DNA of 63,594 nucleotides, filler included, from Basidiobolus ranarum (Eukaryota): NCBI GenBank assembly GCA_040143965.1. It is 47 parts of 47 records of this genome, joined end to end, with 100 filler letters (N's around TTAATTAATTAA, not from the genome) between each part and the next. Parts side by side here need not be neighbours in the genome. Positions count along the whole stretch, not along the records: positions 60,997 to 62,245 come from JASJQH010005822.1; positions 62,346 to 63,594 come from JASJQH010005823.1; 45 more parts are not named here. One strand, 5' to 3'. Shown piece by piece: positions 60,997 to 63,594 of this stretch (position 1 is its first letter; each line of letters starts with the position of its first letter). The notes under the pieces were generated by a model. It saw only the letters and a program-made list of their open reading frames with translations, ran no database searches and was not told where the DNA came from. The position numbers and the translations under genes were made by a program.

Positions 60997-62245
60997 CTCA
61001 GGGCTTTCAAATGACATATTTTGAGCCATATTTGGCCAATTTTCATCATTTTGGATGGGATTTTTGACTAGTTTCACACCTGGATCCATGGGAGTTGCTA
61101 CTGGCTTACAATTCTCCATCCTGTAATGTCTGAGAATGTCTGAGATGTATTTAGATTGATTCAGAGTGATAGATTTACTCAATACATCTGTATGGATCTG
61201 CAGACCTAATTCCCTTTTTGATCCCTGATTGTACAGCCATTTTGATCAAAATTAAAGCTATATCCCTCAGATGTAGCTTTACTCACTGATAACAAATTTT
61301 TTGCTATCCCAGGCACATATAGCACATTTTTCAGTGTCAAACACATGTCCCCAGAGATGCCCCCAAGATCCACTTCAATTTCTCCCACTCCCAGAGCTTC
61401 TAGTGGCCGGTCATCTCCCATATAAACCTTCTTGTTTATGTCAGTTTTGAGTGTCTTAAACCAGTTTTTTTGATTAGAGAAATGTTGAGAGGCTCCAGAA
61501 TCAATATACCACAACCTACAGTCTTGTTCAGAGGTCACTGATAGGGCAGAAATGAATAAAACTTCCTCTTTGGTTGAAACCTGATTTGCTTGTTCTGACT
61601 TCTCACTTTTGTTGTAATTTCTTGATTTGCAATCTTTTATCTGGTGTCCTGGTTTGTTACAACCATAGCATAAGCCTGGTTTCTTTTTCTGTAACCTTTG
61701 TACTTGCCAAAGCTATGTTTTCCAGCTCCAAAAAGAGCCACTTCCTCAGATTCTTTTTCCAAATTCTTACTTCTGAGATGTTGATCCATTAGCCTTGCTA
61801 CCACAAACTCCAAAGACAACTTGTCAGATCTTGCTTCCAAAGCTGTGACCAAGTTTGAATACTGTTCTGGTAGACTACTTAGAAGAGTCATAATGACATC
61901 TTCTTCCTGTAAAGTTGCACCAATATTTTCCAGTTGTTTTGCCAAAGATCTCACATTTGCAATATGAGTAACTATGCTTTCAGACTTTTCCATCTTTACA
62001 TTGAAGAATGTTTGTCTGAGAAAGAGTCTATTAGCAAGACTCTTTGCTTTATAACACTCTTCCAATATAGTCCAAGCTTGATGGGAAGTCTTTGCATATT
62101 GAATATTCACAAGTTGTGAATCCTTCAAACTTTGACAAATGACATTAAAGGCCTTCTTGTCTCTTTTCTTGTAAGCTTCCAATAAAGAAGGGTCAGAAGG
62201 TTCCTTTTCATCTCCAGAGACTACATCCCAAAGCTCCCTGTCTTC
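60997..62245 (-). mobile_element. Copia gag-protease joined directly to late RT (internal deletion)
   Basis: gag ORF 61637-62182, WYIDSGASQH, then an abrupt jump at about 61205 to LGLQIHTD...ITLNQSKYI. Confidence 0.85.
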
Positions 62246-62345
62246 NNNNNNNNNNNNNNNNNNNNNNNNNNNNNNNNNNNNNNNNNNNNTTAATTAATTA
62301 ANNNNNNNNNNNNNNNNNNNNNNNNNNNNNNNNNNNNNNNNNNNN

Positions 62346-62633
62346 ATTATATGTAAGTTTGTATAAGTTCTGATCCTTTTCTCCCAAAGCTAAATAATTC
62401 TCATTTGGATCAACAATGGTGCATCCTGACTTATCAAAATTGAATTTTAGCCCTTCTGAGGTAGCCTTGCATACAAATATTATATTCTTTGCAATATCTG
62501 GAACATGTAGTACATCTTTAAAAGTATGTACTTTCTCTTCAGAAGCTCCAGTTAAATTGACTTGAATTGTTCCCATTCCAATAGCATCAAATGTGCAGTC
62601 ATCTCCCATGAAAACCTTTCTGATTGGGATTTC
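62346..62633 (-). mobile_element. Copia protease-region fragment
   Basis: FKDVLHVPDIAKNI; homologous to 48980-49260. Confidence 0.85.
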
Positions 62634-63594
62634 CCCTGACAGAAATTTGAGGATTGTTATTGTGGAAAAACTGTAACAATTTTAATCCATTTGGGATTGA
62701 CTGTTTACTTACCATCATAAAATTGTCAAGTTAGATTTGATTTTAATCAACTTTTTCAGTTTCAGGAGTGAAATTTCAAGATCTTGCAAAATAGTTGCAC
62801 ATGATTGGCAAAAATCTCAGAGAACTATGGATCAACACATGTGCTAAAAACCTAACTCAAATTTCACACATTTACCACTTGAACGCTGAGTTGTCACCTT
62901 CAAAATCCCTAGGCTCTTTGGTATATTCTCCTGAATATTTTTATAGAGTTCTTCTCACCCAAGGTTTAGCTCATACCCAACATGAGTTTGTGTTAATATC
63001 TCCATCAAAGCCTACCATTGTATTAATGTTGCTGAATCAACATTCTTCTAGCTATCTGGCGGATACCCTGCAATATTGTGCCACTCTGTATCAACTTCCT
63101 CCCAGATATCTGCATGGTCAACACCACACTGAATGTCAAGTTGAATGTTCTTCTTCTGAAGCCACTTTCTGTATATGTGCACTGTGTTTTTCCCTTCATA
63201 CTTTTGAAAATACTCCTCAAGCACTTTGACTATTTTGGTACATCCTTGTAGTGTGACACTACTGAGGGTGCTTTGTGGTGTTTGTGTGGCTTTTTGTTTG
63301 CCTTTACCTTTGGGACTAATTTCAACACTTTGAAAAGTACCAGTTGAGGTTGGAGTGCCATGAGTTTTATTTGCTGGTGTTTTGGCTTGTTGAGAGGTGC
63401 CAGGTGTTGAATAAACTTCCGAATTTAGCACTCTTCCAACTGGTGTACCCAGTTCCATGGTGAAATTAAGCTTTTTTGCCAGTATATCTGACTCTGGAAT
63501 TGCAGATCTTTGTAATAGTGTGAATAATTTGGTAAGTGGGACAGTAGAGCCTAAACTCACTGGCTCTTTTGCTTTTCCCTTGGGTTTATTAACT
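62634..63594 (-). mobile_element. CACTA-like right end with the longest ORF2 segment
   Basis: CCCTGACAG terminus at 62634; ORF 63048-63560. Confidence 0.8.

Noticed and set aside
1264-62345. Regularly spaced TTAATTAATTAA motif resembling a repeat array or CRISPR
   Set aside because: It is always embedded in exactly 44+44 Ns between length-sorted contigs, so it is an assembly linker. ORFs ending in X...LIN are artefacts of it.
62795-63229. Recurrent ORF 'MIGYNLRELWINTCAKN...' (also 342, 8921, 14188, 18675, 50688)
   Set aside because: It is the antisense shadow of the transposon ORF2 3' end and subterminal region. It recurs because the repeat recurs, and its starts and stops vary between copies.

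Overview
This window is not one locus. It is 47 unrelated contigs of about 1.25-1.26 kb, sorted by decreasing length and joined by an artificial 100-nt spacer (44 N + TTAATTAATTAA + 44 N), so adjacency across spacers means nothing. The content is eukaryotic and AT-rich, most consistent with an early-diverging fungus. Basidiobolus-like is my inference from the bacterial-type NRPS, chitin deacetylase, animal-type GDH and short introns. Most contigs are nested, CpG-depleted transposon debris: at least four Ty1/Copia LTR families, at least three Ty3/Gypsy families, and one abundant CACTA/EnSpm-type DNA transposon with CCCTAACA ends and two divergent ORFs. CpG-normal contigs carry host gene pieces: NRPS C-A didomain, two head-to-head uricases, polysaccharide deacetylases, ABCB transporter, myosin regulatory light chain, glutamate dehydrogenase, a protoglobin pseudogene and secreted orphans. 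One GC-rich contig with tRNA-Ile(GAU) looks mitochondrial. The most notable items are (1) a decayed Fanzor1 (eukaryotic TnpB-like RNA-guided nuclease) gene at 33954-34956; (2) a very compact, divergent RPB2/beta-like RNA polymerase pseudogene of probable viral or linear-plasmid origin at 19155-19784; (3) a Tf1-style self-priming Gypsy element with a hairpin across its predicted start site; and (4) a roughly 230-nt covarying structured RNA found in two retroelement contexts. All calls come from reading motifs by eye; no searches were run.
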